Assembly: GCF_009834535.1 (NCBI RefSeq)
Contig: NC_045696.1
Location: 45,386,001 to 45,450,000 of the forward strand
Source: Camelus ferus
Taxonomy: Eukaryota
DNA length: 64,000 nt
Direction of reading: 5' to 3'
Position numbers and translations under genes: made by a program. Below are positions 39,766 to 53,569 of the stretch, piece by piece. Within the stretch, counting starts at the first letter, position 1. Each line of letters starts with the position of its first letter. Under the pieces are notes generated by a model, which ran no database searches, was not told the DNA's origin, and saw only the letters and a program-made list of their open reading frames with translations.

Positions 39766-40802
39766 AAACACACTGGTAGGGAACAATGGAAGCCAATTGT
39801 GCCACTACTCAAAGCCATCTAGAGTCTTGTTCCCAAAAGAAAGACACATGGCTTTATTCAAGAGACTAGCCAAACTAGTTCCTAAGGAAAAGAGAATAAA
39901 GATCAACCTTAGGAGTATAGTAAGGGCATAATCATACAAACAGCAGCAAAGGCAGTGGCATGAAATTTAGGCAAAACTGGAACAACTGCAAAGGATATGA
40001 CAGTCCAGTAGTTTAACACCCAGTCATAAATTGGAAGTGTGCTTATCACAGTCTGTTGTATGTGGCGGAATGTGAAAAAGCTTTCCTATAAATGCTACTA
40101 ACATAGGATGGTCAGGAAGTTAAGAACAGCTATGTTCAACCAACATCTCGGGCATCACTAGATGAATCCTTAAACTGGCTAAGGGTGATCTCTCAGTGTG
40201 GAAGCCAATACTCTTCACCTTTGCAAGCCACACTAACTGGGAAGAAACATGTCAAGCTCATTGTTTATGTTCTCTGGGAGGAGGGTAGAAGTAGTGTAAC
40301 CATTTCATAGGACAGGATCACCCATAAGATAACGTGATAGAACCGATTTTCTAGAAGTCTGTATAGGAATCACAGCAGATTCCAAGGCTATTTTCAATAT
40401 TTCTAATATATTTATGTGTAGTGCCCACTATCTTAGTAAAAAGAAAGCGTAGTTACCTTAATATCAATTTGTATTTTGGGAGTTTCTCAACTGAAGTCCT
40501 TTCTTCTCTGTAATTCTGTGTTCCATTTTTTCTTGCAAATAAATTAGCAGTGTGGCTCTCAACCTCCTCTTGTTACTTGGCATTGGGATGCCCAGAGGAA
40601 GGATATAAGGATATAAAAGCCTTGCATACAAGAGCCTTTGGAGGTCATGCAATCCCCACTCACCAACTCAGGAATAATTTATTTCATGTCCTCCTTGTCC
40701 ATTGCATATTCGGCTTGTTTGAAAGTTTCTTCTAACAGAACATCCACCATCTAATGTAGCAACCTCTTGAATAGCTTTAATGTTCTTATTCAGTTCCTCC
40801 TT

Positions 40803-43800
40803 ATATTTTTATTGAGGTAAACCTGATGTACAATATTATATAAGTTACAGGTGTAATACATAATGTTTCACAATTTTGAAAGGTTATATACTCTGTTTAT
40901 AGTTATTATAAAATGCTGACTGCATTCCCTTGGTTGTACAATATCTGTTGATGGACATTTAGGTTGCTTCCATACCTTGGTAATTGTAAATAGTGTTACT
41001 ATGAACATTGCGTAGCATGTATCTTTTCAAATTAGTGTTTTTGTTTTCTTTGGATATATACCCAGGAGTGGAATTGCTGGATCATGTGATAGTTCTATTT
41101 TTAGTTTATTGAGGAACCTCCTTACTGTTCTCCCTAGTGGCTGCATCAGCTTACATTCTTACCAACAGTGCACAAGGGCTCCCTTTTCTCTACATTCTTG
41201 CCAACATTTGTTATTTGTGGTCTTTTTGGTGACAGGCATTCTGCCAAGTGTGAGGTGATATTTCATTCTGATTTTCATTTACATTCATTGGTGAGTGTTT
41301 GGCAGTGTTGAGTGTTTTCAAGTACCTGTTGTCTGTCTGTTTCTTTTTTGAAAAAATGTCTATTCCAGTCTTCTTCCCATTTTTAATGGGGTTTGTTTTT
41401 TGATATTGAATTGTATAAGCTGTTCATGTAACCTGAATAAATATACACAAAAAAAAGAGAAAGGAATCCTAACATAACGTTAAAGGTAGTCATCAAATCA
41501 GAAAGGCAGATGGCAATAGAAGAAGAAAGGAACAAAAAAGAACCACAAAAAAATTCAAAACAATTAATAAAAGAATATAAGTGATTACCCTACTTCTACC
41601 ATCCTCCCAGAGAACATAAGAAATAATTACTTTACACATAAATGAACTAAATGCTCCAATCAAAAGATGTAGAGTGGCTGAACACAAAAATAAGACCCAT
41701 ATATACCCTGCCTACAAAAGACTCCCTTAAGATCTAAAGATACACACAGACTGAAAATGAGAGGATGGAAAAAAGGATTCCATGCAAATAGAAATTAAAA
41801 GAAAGCTGGAGTAGCAATACTTATATTAGACAAAACAGAATTTAAAATAAAAACTAATGAGACAAAGAAGGACATTACACAATGATCAAGAAATCAATCC
41901 AAGAAGATATAACAACTGTAAATATATATGCTTCCAACATAGAAGCACCTAAATACATACATAAATAAATGTTAACAGACATAAAAGGAGAAATTGTCAG
42001 TAACAATACTTGTGGTGGACTTTAACACCCCACTTACATCAATGGATAGATCATTCAGACAGAAAATCAATTAAAAAAACACTGTCCATAAATGACATAT
42101 TAGATCAGATGAAGTTAATAGATATATAGAGAACATTCCACTCAAAAGCAGCAGAATACATATTCTTTTCAAGTGCGTGTGGAACATTCTCCAAAGTAGA
42201 TCACATGATAGGCCAGAAAACAAGTCTTGGTAAATTACAGAAAATTGAAATTATATCAAGCATCTTTTCCAACTACAGTGCTATGAGACTAGAAAACAAC
42301 TACAGGAAAAAAAAACTGCAAAAAACACAAACACATGGAGGCTGAACAATATGCTACAAACAACCAATGGGATCACTAAAGTAATTGAAGAAGAAATAAA
42401 AAAAAAAAAACTGAAGACAAATTAAAAAAACACAACTATCAAAAGTCTATGGGATGCAGCAAAAGCAGTTGTAACAGGGAAATTTACAGGAAAGAAACAA
42501 ACAAAAATCTTAAATTAACAACCTAACCTTACACCTAAACAAACAAAACCCCTTAATAGAAGGAAATAAATCAAAAAGTTCAAAACAGAAATAAATGAAA
42601 TAGAGGCTAAAAAAAAGAAAAAAGAAAAAACAATGAAACTAAGAGCTGGTTCTTTGAAAAGATAAAATTAATAAACTTTTCACTAGACTCATTAAGAAAA
42701 AAAGAGACAGGACCCAAATCAGTAAAATTAGAAATTAAAAAGGAGATGTTAAAACTGACATCATGGAAATACAAAGGATAATAAGATATGTATTTTTAAA
42801 ATATCAAAGCACATGTTTGGCTTGTTTTATTTGTTTTTTTTTTTTTAATAAGGGGGTGGTAATTGGGTTTATTTCTATTTGGAGGAGGTGCTGGAGATTG
42901 AACCTGGGACCTCGTGCATGTCAAGCATGCGCTCTTACCACTCAAGCTATACCCTCCCCCCCAAGGATAGTAAGATATTACTACAAACAACCATATATTA
43001 ATAAAATGGACAACCTAGAAGAAATGGACAAATTCCTATAATCTTCCAAGACTGAATTATAATAGACAGAAAATATGAGCAGAAAAATTACCAGTAATAA
43101 AATTAAATCAGTAACTTAAAAAACCTCCCAATAAACAAAAGTCCAGGACCAGACAGCTTCACAGGAGAATTCTATCCCACGTTTAAAGAATAAAAACCAT
43201 ATGCTCATCTCAACAGATGCAGAAAAAGCTTTTGACAAAATTAAATATTGATTTATGATAAAAACTCGCCACAAAGTAGATAAAGAGGAAGCATAGCTCA
43301 ACATAATAAAGGCTGTATCTGATAAGCCCATAGCTTTCATCATACTCAATAGTGAAAAGCTGAAAGCATTTCCTCTGAGATCAGGAACAAGACAAGGATG
43401 CCCACTCTTGTCACTTTTATTCAATATAGTATTGGAAGTCCTAGCCACAGCAATCAGACCAGAAAAAGAAAGAAAAGACATCCAAATTAGAATGGAAGAG
43501 GTAAAATAGTCACTGTTTGCAGATGACATGATACTCTATATAGAATATCCTTAAAATGTCACCAAAAAAATGATTACAGCTTATGAATGAATTTGGTAAA
43601 GTTGCAGGATACAAAATTGATATTCAGAAATCTATTGCATTTCTGTACACTAAGAACAAAATATCACAAAGAGAAATTTAGGAAACAATCCCATTTACCA
43701 TCACATCAGAAATAATAAAATACCTAGGAATAAATCTAATTAAGGAGGTAGAAGACTTATATTCAGAAACTAATGACACTGATGAAATAAATTGAAAATG

Positions 43801-44590
43801 ACATTAATGGTTGGAAAGATATACCATGTTCTTGGATTGTAAGAATTAAGAATTAATATTGTTAAAATGACCATACTATCCAAGGCAATTTATAGAGTCA
43901 ATGCAATCTCTATCAAAATACCAATGGCATTTTTCATACAACTAGCATAAATAATTTTAAAATTTGTAGAAACCCAAAAAACCCCAAGCAGTCAAAATAA
44001 TCTTGAGAAAGAAGAACTGAGCAGGAAGTTTCATGCTCCCTGACTTCAGACTATTCTACAAAGCCACAATCATCAAAACAGCATGGCACTGGCACAAAAA
44101 CAGACACATAGATCAATGGAACAGAATAGAGTATCTAGAAATAAACCCACGCACTTATGGTCAATTACTATACAACAAAGGAGGCAAGAATATACAATGG
44201 AGAAAAGACAGTCTCTTCAATAAGTGGTGCTGGGAAAACTGGACAGCTACAAGTAAAATAACAAAATTAGAATATTTCACTTCACATTTCACACCACACA
44301 CAAAAATAAATGCAAAGTTGATCACAAATCTAAAAGTAACATCAGAAACCATAAAACTCCTAGAAGAAAACATAAGCAGAACACTCTGACATAAATTGTA
44401 GCAGGATTATTTTGGATCTCTCTCCTAAGGCAAAGGAAACAAATGCAAAAATAAACAAATGGGACCTAACTAAATTTACAAGCTGTTGCACAGCAAAGGA
44501 AACCATATGCAAAACAAAAAGGCAACCTACTGAATGGGAGAAAATAATTTGCAAATTATGTGATCATGTGACAAATAAAGAGTTAATATC
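40803..44590 (-). mobile_element. 3.8-kb L1 with large 5' inversion: antisense 3' part 40803-41430, sense-oriented inter-ORF spacer plus ORF2 41431-44590 (frameshifted, dead)
   Basis: Plus-strand ORF2 peptides: endonuclease start ~41622 (IITL..N.LNAPIKR), 'GDFNTPL'-like, RT 'LFADDM' ~43514, ORF 44033-44389 '[32 protein letters not shown]'. Confidence 0.92.
42790..42962 (-). mobile_element. tRNA-derived SINE (Vic-1-like) inserted in L1 ORF2
   Basis: Minus strand 'ggggggagggtatagcttgagtggtaagagc...ggttcaatctcc' (A and B boxes), A-rich tail, 16-bp TSD aaggataataagatat/aaggatagtaagatat. Confidence 0.9.
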
Positions 44591-45869
44591 CTCTCTATAA
44601 TTATTTCTAAAAACAAATAAATATACAAAAATATTATAGAACCTAAGGCTATTAAAACCTTAAGGGAAGAGAAAGTTCAGGTTTTGTTTGTTTGTTTGTT
44701 TTTTACTCTTTAGGGTAGCTCTTTTTCTGGAGTTTTCTTTTGTTCTTTTTTTAAAGCATCTAGTAGTTACAGGATGCATCCTCTGCTTGGAAAGTGAGCC
44801 TTATGCAGCTTGGAGCAGGAGGAGAGCTGTCTCCTGATGCTGGGCTCACCAGGTTGTCTTGTTTTCACCAATCAACCTGCAGTGCCCAGAGGCAGATATC
44901 TGCATATGTTTATGCCCTCTCACTCAGACAAACCAACTCTTAAATATTTGGATCAAATCCATCTTCTTTAAATTTGGAGATTTTGATTCATTTAAGCAAA
45001 TATTAAAACATCAGATTAGGGATAAAGCACATTATTTGAAAATAATTTTCTGATTACATTTACTGGTTTCATTTAATTTGAAAATAATATTTGCCAACAA
45101 TAGCTTAATGCTAATGCTAACAGATGCATTTATAAACAGCATGACAAAATGTTTTCAAGATGTTCTCACACTTTGATCTTTATCTTTTTTTTCACGCTAA
45201 CTGAACAAACTTATTCTAAAACATCTCTGTTTAAGAGTTAGTAGAACATTTCATACAAGAGCAACTGGATATTTATGGTATTTGGTAATATAAATAGATT
45301 TTAATAGTTTTCAAAATGTTTCCATAAACATAAAAAAATCATACATAATCCTACAATTCTGATGGTTCAGTTTTAATTCATGCCAAGATTCTGAGAAAAA
45401 ACTTTCTATGCAGTAATATACTTGAATATCACATACAAACTGCTCATATACTCATATAAATCTATGATATGTGGTTTAAAAGTATATAGAAGCTGATCAT
45501 CAATATTTGGAATATTTGCTTCCTAGAGATATGTATTATAATTGCCAAACTTGTTCCATCATTGAAAATAAAAATATCAATTAAAATTTAAAAATGAAGC
45601 CCTGGCCATTCATTTTACTTTATTTAGCCTAAGATTTAAGATTGACAAAATAATGAGGTTTGGTTAGATAAGCCCTAAAACCTTCTTCAGCTCTAACATT
45701 CTATATTTTATCTTCCACAGTAAATAGCATGAATGAGTATTTTGTTTCCTTTGTCTGAAAACTTTTCTAACAGTGATGAAACCAAAATTCACTGTTTTCC
45801 CTTTACATCAGTTGTCACAGTTCACAATGATAAATTTTTAAATTATTTAAATAACACTGTTAGGTAATA

Positions 45870-45992
45870 GTCATAAGAGCAAAGAACATGTCTATCTTAT
45901 TTATCATTCATCCACAGTACATAATACCATGCCTGGCACATTGCAGGTACCCTAAAAGTATTAATATAAGGTGAATGAATCAACAAATGAAT
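45870..45992 (+). mobile_element. L2 3' end
   Basis: 'atgcctggcacattgcaggtacc...gtgaatgaatcaacaaatgaatg'. Confidence 0.7.
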
Positions 45993-48900
45993 GGTTGAAA
46001 CAGATTCGCTTCTCCCTGCAGAAAGAAAGACCCTTGGATGTAGAAGAGGCAGCCTGGGTCCCAAATACCCTACCCATCCTCAATCCTGGTCTCCAGAGCC
46101 TTCTGCTGTCTTGATCCAGATATTTGGGGGTCACTCCTGGGTCCTAAAAATGTTCCTAGGGGTTTGCCTATATGATCACAACACTGTAATGAAATGTGCA
46201 ACCACTTACAGAATATGTCCATGTATTAGTAGTTGCTTATCAGTAACTAGTGCTGCACTGACTGCCTTTTTAAATGACTCCTCCCAATCTTTTGAATTGT
46301 GTTTTTCCAACAGGCACTGAGTCTGTGATAGCATCACCCTGAGGTCGCTAGCCTGGCAGTCTCAGCTCTTTTCATCTGAGTCTCCTGATTCATCTACCAG
46401 GCCCTGGAGGAAAGTTTTTGCTATCCTGGCAATCATCATGAACAAATAATTCTAGCCTTAATCCTCTTAAAATAAAGTTCCTTCTTATCTGTGGCTATAA
46501 GCTAAGATCTTCTATGAAAGGCTTTGCTGAGAATAACCCACCCTGTGCATATGGCTTGGGCATTGGCTCTCTGAATACCTGAACTCTCTATGACCCTCTT
46601 AAGTAACGACAGTATTGGTTTGGCTGTTGCTCTGGATGCCAGATGGGCAGGAAGCCCATCTCCTTTACAACTGGATACTTTAAAAATACACATAATTTTA
46701 CTATTACTTTTAGCTGCCATGCATTTTTAATTTTATTAGCAGGAACATCCTATGTAACATCCTTAATCAATCTTTTAAGAAAAAAAAGTCACAGTGAACT
46801 TGAATTAGATTCTTTGAAAGGCAAGCAAAACAGCAACAAACATACTATCACCAGTCCATTCTGTGCTGGACACTATGCTAGGCATTTCACATTCTCTGCA
46901 GCAAGAAGAATCCTACTGTTTAGGCAGTGACATCCTAGTGTTCTATTAAATTTTTAGTCACATTAATTCAAATAGACTATTTCTCTTTTCATAAGTCTAG
47001 AGATAGTACTTAAGAGTAACTAACTGATGTTGTTACTGACGGGTTTAACTCTGTCTTAAAGAGAACAACTAACGAACTGCACAGTGTCATGCCACATGTA
47101 CAATTATGAGGCTACTGTTCCACCACCAGAGGGTTAAACCCCTGGGGGCTATTTATCTGCTACTGCCATTGATTTTCATTAATCCCTCACTATGTGTTTA
47201 CCTTTTTATTCCCTGTGATGTATTTTCAACACAAATATTACTACTAGGCTATATGATTCCTTTTTGAGATTCAGTTTAATAGCCTACCAAATGAAAGAAA
47301 TATCAAAGCTTAGATCACTGTATTGAGAATTTTGAAAGCAACTAGGAAGTAATCATGAAAAAACTCTGAGACTGATTAACAGTATCTGCCGCTTGGACAA
47401 GAGGAGAGTAATGATGTATGCTAGGTACCTGCCATCCAGGTGAAAGACAGTTGTGACAAAATCAATCTTTGCCTCCTTAAAAAAAATGTGTCCTAAAGTC
47501 ATCCTGGTACTCAATAAAAAGGTACACATTCTATTACTTGTCTTCTTCACTATCCCCAGGAAGGAAGATCTGTTTCTTAAGATAAATGTGTTACATAAGC
47601 TTCTTTTTGATACACTATACATCACTGAAACTGACTTTTGTAAACTAGATCAAAAACCTCACTACCATGCACAGTATTGTTTCTATAGATAAATGCAATC
47701 TTTACTCCAAACTGCTGACTTAAAAGGGCATTATTAGGAACATGATTATATTTCTTATAATTCCTCTTTAAGAGGGTTAACTTGCACTTTCTGTGACGCA
47801 AAAGAAATTCTGCCATAATCTGAGGACAGCAGACATTAAAATGGATGACATCATCACGCTATTTATTGATAAACCTTTTCCTCAACATGTATTGAAAGGG
47901 ATTCAAAGAAAGAAAAAAATTTAAAAACCAACCAAACAAAATAAACCTAGGACAGAGGAATGAGACACTCTCACTGAAACCCTGAGAGCATTAATTCTCA
48001 AAATTTACTGCTAAATATGAGCTATAAACATAGCCTCCATCTTTAGCATCTAGAAATAATCTTTAGTTGTTATATACCCTTAATGCACTTCATGATTCAG
48101 GACCCAAATCTGAGTCTCAGAGAGAATTCACTTATGTCTAAAGTACAGAGAGTTAAAAATTTTCCCCCAAAGCAATCATACACATGGTTTACAGAACATC
48201 AAAGCCAAGAGAGTAGCACCATATAATAAGCTTTCTATCAGAGCTCTCTGTAGGTACTGAAGTCAGGTCAAACATCCAAGGTGTCCAATAGTGATAATAA
48301 GACAGGAACACAAAATAAAAGTTGCTACCACTTAAAGTTGTACCAGCGTGGACAGCCTCACAAGTAAGTCAAAACATCAAAAGGATCCAGCTAACCCTCT
48401 ACACCACTAGCTATTTTTACCACTTAATACTATGGGAAGGTGCATTTTTTCATTCTGTGAGTTATCATTTGGAAACAAATTTCCTAGAGAGATAGGAAAA
48501 AAGAAAAAGAGAATGGGCATTTAGGTAAGTATACAGGAAAAATGAAGGAGAATACATAGTTGTTAAAACATTTACACAACATAGTTTTTAAAGATGAGGG
48601 TCACTTCTTCTTTAAGGGATGGTAACCTTTTAGAGAATGACCAGATTGATGAATAAATATAACACATATTTGTAGCTTGGAACTTCAGCACTGTTTATAA
48701 TCTGAGAAAGATGGAGCATAAATAAGTGAGACATTTTGGTTCAGAGAAACAAACTGTCCTTTATATGTCCTTAATTTTTAGATCATTCTGCAGACCTAAA
48801 ATGGTCTTTCCAATAAGATAAAGTAATATGTTAATTATTTGTTAATTAAATTTTAGAGGTTTTAATTTCAAACGTAAGTGTAGTTCTAAGATTAAGTTAT

Positions 48901-49659
48901 AAAATATTCAGTAACTGTTATTGGTTAGGGTATTGTGAAGGATTCAGTGGTAGAAGGTATCATGTTTGTTGTCAAAGCACCAGCACATTTGTTGTAGAGA
49001 AAAGAGATACCTACGATGGAACAGTGTAAAAGAACGACTAAAGTGCAAGGTTCAATGCCACATTTAATGGCATGAATTCTAAAATTAAGAATTCAGTATA
49101 GAGTGTGGAAAGTTCAGGAGTTCTTAGAAATGGCTGCGACTTTAATTTCTACTATTAAAAATAAATAACTATTAAAATAGTGTTCATTTAAACATGAATT
49201 TATTTGCAAGCCTTCCAGTTCACATGGAATGAGCAGGTACAGGGATTATTAGAGGCGAGATAAGCATGATGACAGCTCTTTCGCTTAATGGTTTATCCGT
49301 CAGCTGAAACTCTGGCCACTCAGATGATTTTGACTGTTACAAAGTCTATAATTGCTCTAGTCATAAATGCGTAATGTAAGTTTCTACCGGATCATGAATT
49401 ACAGAGAAAGCACAAGGAACACTATGCTGAAAAACAAGTGTATCCTAATTGACAAGTGACCTCTGATTTGCAAGAAATACCACCTCATAGTGTTCCCTGG
49501 AATCATATGAGAGGTTGGGTAAAAGTGGAGAGCACTGACCCAGTCTTATTAAGTGAAATTACTTCGAGGTAGAGACCAGAAATCTGCAAACTTAACATCC
49601 TATTTAGATGTTTTTCATGAATGTTAAATGTGAGGACCACTGTAGAAATCAGCTGAGAG

Positions 49660-49815
49660 GACTGATTCTCAGGTGCCATTATTTTCTAAGTAAATCACTT
49701 CGAATTTCAGTCTCCTGTTTTGCAAAACAAAGAAAAGTATTATCAGTAGTAGCTACACCAAAGATTTTAGAGGATAAACAAATGAAAGATGAATATGAAA
49801 GCACTTTCAAACTTG
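49660..49815 (+). mobile_element. MIR SINE
   Basis: 'aagtaaatcactt..tttcagtctcctgttttgcaaaa...gaggataaacaaatga...tatgaaagcacttt'. Confidence 0.5.
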
Positions 49816-52800
49816 AAGTTTGACACAATACACATGACTGTTGTTGTGGTCCTTACCACCATTACCCCTCAATTCTTCACTCAGGTTTTAGATTCCTTCT
49901 CCTACTCTGTGTAATGCATATCCTGTGGGCACCCAGGCTCAGCAGTCACTGATCTTTATAAGAGTTCGTGTTCCAGTCAAAGAAAGTATCAAATGGAGGA
50001 CATTTCAGCGTATTTTTTTTGACATGTCTAATTCAATGTTTTACATGTGAAAATATTGAGGCCTACAGATTTGGAGTTACTTTGTCAAGTCTTTTTCATA
50101 TCAGAACACTAAGGATGATAGTTCTGATTTTTTAAAAAAAGTTTATCATATGTCAGATATGCACTCGTGAGAATGTTGTTTCTAAACTCTGTCTGCTCTT
50201 TCTTTCGTACTTGTGAACAAACATGTCAAAAAAGGGTTATTAGAAAGCCTGAGTCACAGTTCCAGATTGGTATGATTGCTCCTGTTGCAAGGGGAGTGTC
50301 TGCTGTCTGGGTGGGTTTTTAGAGCTTAATCCCAAAGCCCTACCTTACATTTGTTTGAGATAGCCCTGACCTTTTTACTTTCTGCAAACACACTAGGCTT
50401 CAACAAAAATTGCCATATACAAGTCAAGAAATCTGCTCAACACTGATAGAATATTTTGGCTGGTAATCTGTAATCACAGAGGGTATTCATTGCTGTATCT
50501 AAATCTAATCAACCACAGAATGAAAGGAAAGACCTTAAGACCTAAGAAAACCTTAGAATAATATAAACTATGTCTTCCATTTTACAGAAACACAAATTGA
50601 GACCAAGAAATATTATTTTGCCCCAAGGAAGTTTGAAATTATGGTAAAATATCACCCTCATCTACTAATGCATAATGCAAATCAGTTTTTACTTCATATG
50701 CTCCTAATTAAAAAAAAAAAAAAGGCTTCCCTACAAAGTACACTTTCATATTCAAAGCCAGCTTTGCACAAAGAGAAGTTAACAGGCTGCTAAATCCCTC
50801 CTCTAATGTGCATTAGCAGACTGACAAGACATCTGAAGGAACTGAGCAGGATCTGATGTGAGTGTTCTGAGGCAGTCTTTCACTTTACTCAGAACTCAAC
50901 CTTAACCCTATTTCTCAGGAAACTAGTCAAATTGCTTTTAGATCCACACCCTAATTATTATGCTAATTTAGGTTTCTGTTTTATTTATACTACCCATTTC
51001 TTAATGTCAAAAAATAAAAAGAAAGTTCAGATTTCACCATATTCTGTATTTCAAAATAATAAGATTATTGTATCAAGTGACTTAAATGCCATGAATGAAA
51101 ACAGGTTTTCCAGGGTATTATTTTGTATTACTTTCAGTGGAATTTTCTTTAACATGATGCATGCTACAAAGACCTGCTCTTAGGTCACAAATAAAATATA
51201 CAGTGGATTATTAAACAGTCAAAGAAGGAACAATGCACAAAGGTATTGCATATGGGAAATCAGCAAACAAATAAAATGTCAGCTCTGCCAGCAGCCAACA
51301 CATAGATAAAGACAAGTGTTCACTAGGAGGAAAAATAGTTTTGAATCATGACAATTGTGTAAAAATTCAATAATGCAAGAGCCTTTCTCCAAATAAGAAG
51401 TAGATGTGATTTGTCATGCTTTTTACCTTTAAAGCTATTTTTTGGCACACTGTAGAAAAATAAATATATTTCAAAAATGAAAGTGATCAACCATCAAATG
51501 TATTTTCTGATACGAAAGTGTACACAAGAACTTTTTTTGTAGTGGAGGATAAGCATTATGATCTGGATTTTACTTTATGCCTAAAGAAAACCCATTTTAG
51601 TAAATCAGCAGTGAATGATGCTTGGTTTGTTACATTTTTAAGTGAAATTAAATAATATTCATAATAATGAAATCTTCATATGAAAGGCTTTGCAATAGTG
51701 GAACTTATTTTATACGTTATGAGGAAAAAAAGAAATATGTAGTCAACATAAAAATAGTTCTTAGTATTAACAATATTGAGGTATCATCATATATCTTTTT
51801 TACTTTTTTTCTTCCTTCCTCATCCTCTTGTAGATAGGTACTTAAGCCTATTAAAAAAATACATATTTCTTTTTTTATATGGTGTTTACAACAAATACAC
51901 ATATTATTTTCAAAAGTCATATTATTTTATACCCAGTAAAGCCTAATTAACAGGATAAAAATGTGAGATTCCTTGTCAGCCAAAGATCATTTTCCACATT
52001 CTTCCTATATAATTACTATGATAAGCAAATCTTGTAAAATTTTAAAAATGCATGAAGGTGTATCAAACTAGGAGTTTATAACTAGGTGTCTATAACAAGT
52101 TGCACAGATGCCAGAATACAGGCCTGGTGAATTAACACTATTAGCAACCTTAATTAGAGAAAACTAAATTTAGTGCCCAAATATACAACTCAAGAAAAAG
52201 AAGGTAAAAATGAACATTCCCAGACTTTTTCTCACTCTTGAAACCAATGAGAGCAAAGGTTATTTTGATTCCTATCTGAACCAGAGAGCTTACATTTTGT
52301 TCATTAAACCACACTGAATATAATATTTCATTAGCTCTTTGACACCAAGGATATTACAGAGTTGGGGAGTTGAGATTTACTACTAAATAATATATAGGGT
52401 TAAATACTACTAATACAAATGTTGCAACAGGTACACAAGTTAACTACTAAATACAAATTACTAACTTCATAGGACAGGTTTCTCCCTTGGGCACCCATCA
52501 TCTGGGGAGCCCAGGGATGTGGTGGACTTAATCAGGGACTGCAAGGATGGAAATCCTGGAACAGGGGAAAAGGGTAGGAGACGGCAAAGGGAACAAACTG
52601 GGCAAACAGTGGAATATGAAGTGGCTTCGATTCTAGCCATTTGGTGCCAGTAATTAGAGAACAATGAAGGAGATACAGTTAAAAAGATCATTTGGGCAAG
52701 AATGAGACTGATTAATTCAATGCCTGATCACTAAAGGCTTGATGAATTCAACTGATGATTATTTCACCCTAAACGTGCATTCCGTACACAAGCAGAAAAT

Positions 52801-53569
52801 GTATCTAGAGATCTCCCTTAACATTTTTCATGTATTTCCTTCTTAGTGGGGCTAAATTATTCAATGGCTACAAGTTATAATTCTCAACTATCATAACCAA
52901 GTTTCCTACTAGTGAACAGTGTGTGTTCTTGTTTTTCTTTCCACAATACAAGGAGTTTCAAATCCCAGCACCATCTGCACTGTTTAGAAAGATTTTATTT
53001 TCCTTTTTACCAGGTGATCAGGATAGCTTTGTTATTGCAATTCGTCATGCATTTTCTGCTTTCAATACTTGGTCCCCACTGCGCTGAAGTCTTAGCTCCC
53101 TGAGCCCAAAGCCTAACTTTAACACAAATGACATGTTAATGATTAGTGAAAACACAAAGCGGGGGGTTAATGACCATAACTGAAATTATGGACTTCACTT
53201 CCATCAGCTCAGCAGAGTCTGAAACATCCAAAGAAAGCTCAGGAAAGAGGTTCTGCTAATGCAGCTGCTCCTAAACATGAGGGCAGCTTAGCATTAACTT
53301 TCAATGAACCACAGCTCTCGTGGGGAAACTCACCACTCTTAAGTCCACTGGGATGTGCTGCTCCCTGTGGACTTCAGACAATTCCCTATTACTCAGATAC
53401 CAGCTGGGTGCCTAATAAACAGTTAGGTTTTCATTTACGAGATGCTTGGAAGATAACAGAGGACAGAGCCCAGTAAAGATTCTTATTTGTATCTGTGAGG
53501 TGATTACAGTCACTTCAGAAGGAGATAAGTGGTGATTTGGAGCAGGGAGATGGCACCTTTCTATCTACT

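Noticed and set aside
39770..40790. Possible ERV internal sequence beside the LTR78-like element
   Set aside because: No gag/pol/env motif could be read; cannot be supported without an HMM search
43116..43529. 137-aa ORF on the minus strand
   Set aside because: It is the antisense frame of L1 ORF2, a well-known spurious ORF
51795..51843. Long polypyrimidine tract followed by tag|ATAG|gtac (4-nt microexon)
   Set aside because: Weak donor, not frame-preserving, no supporting context
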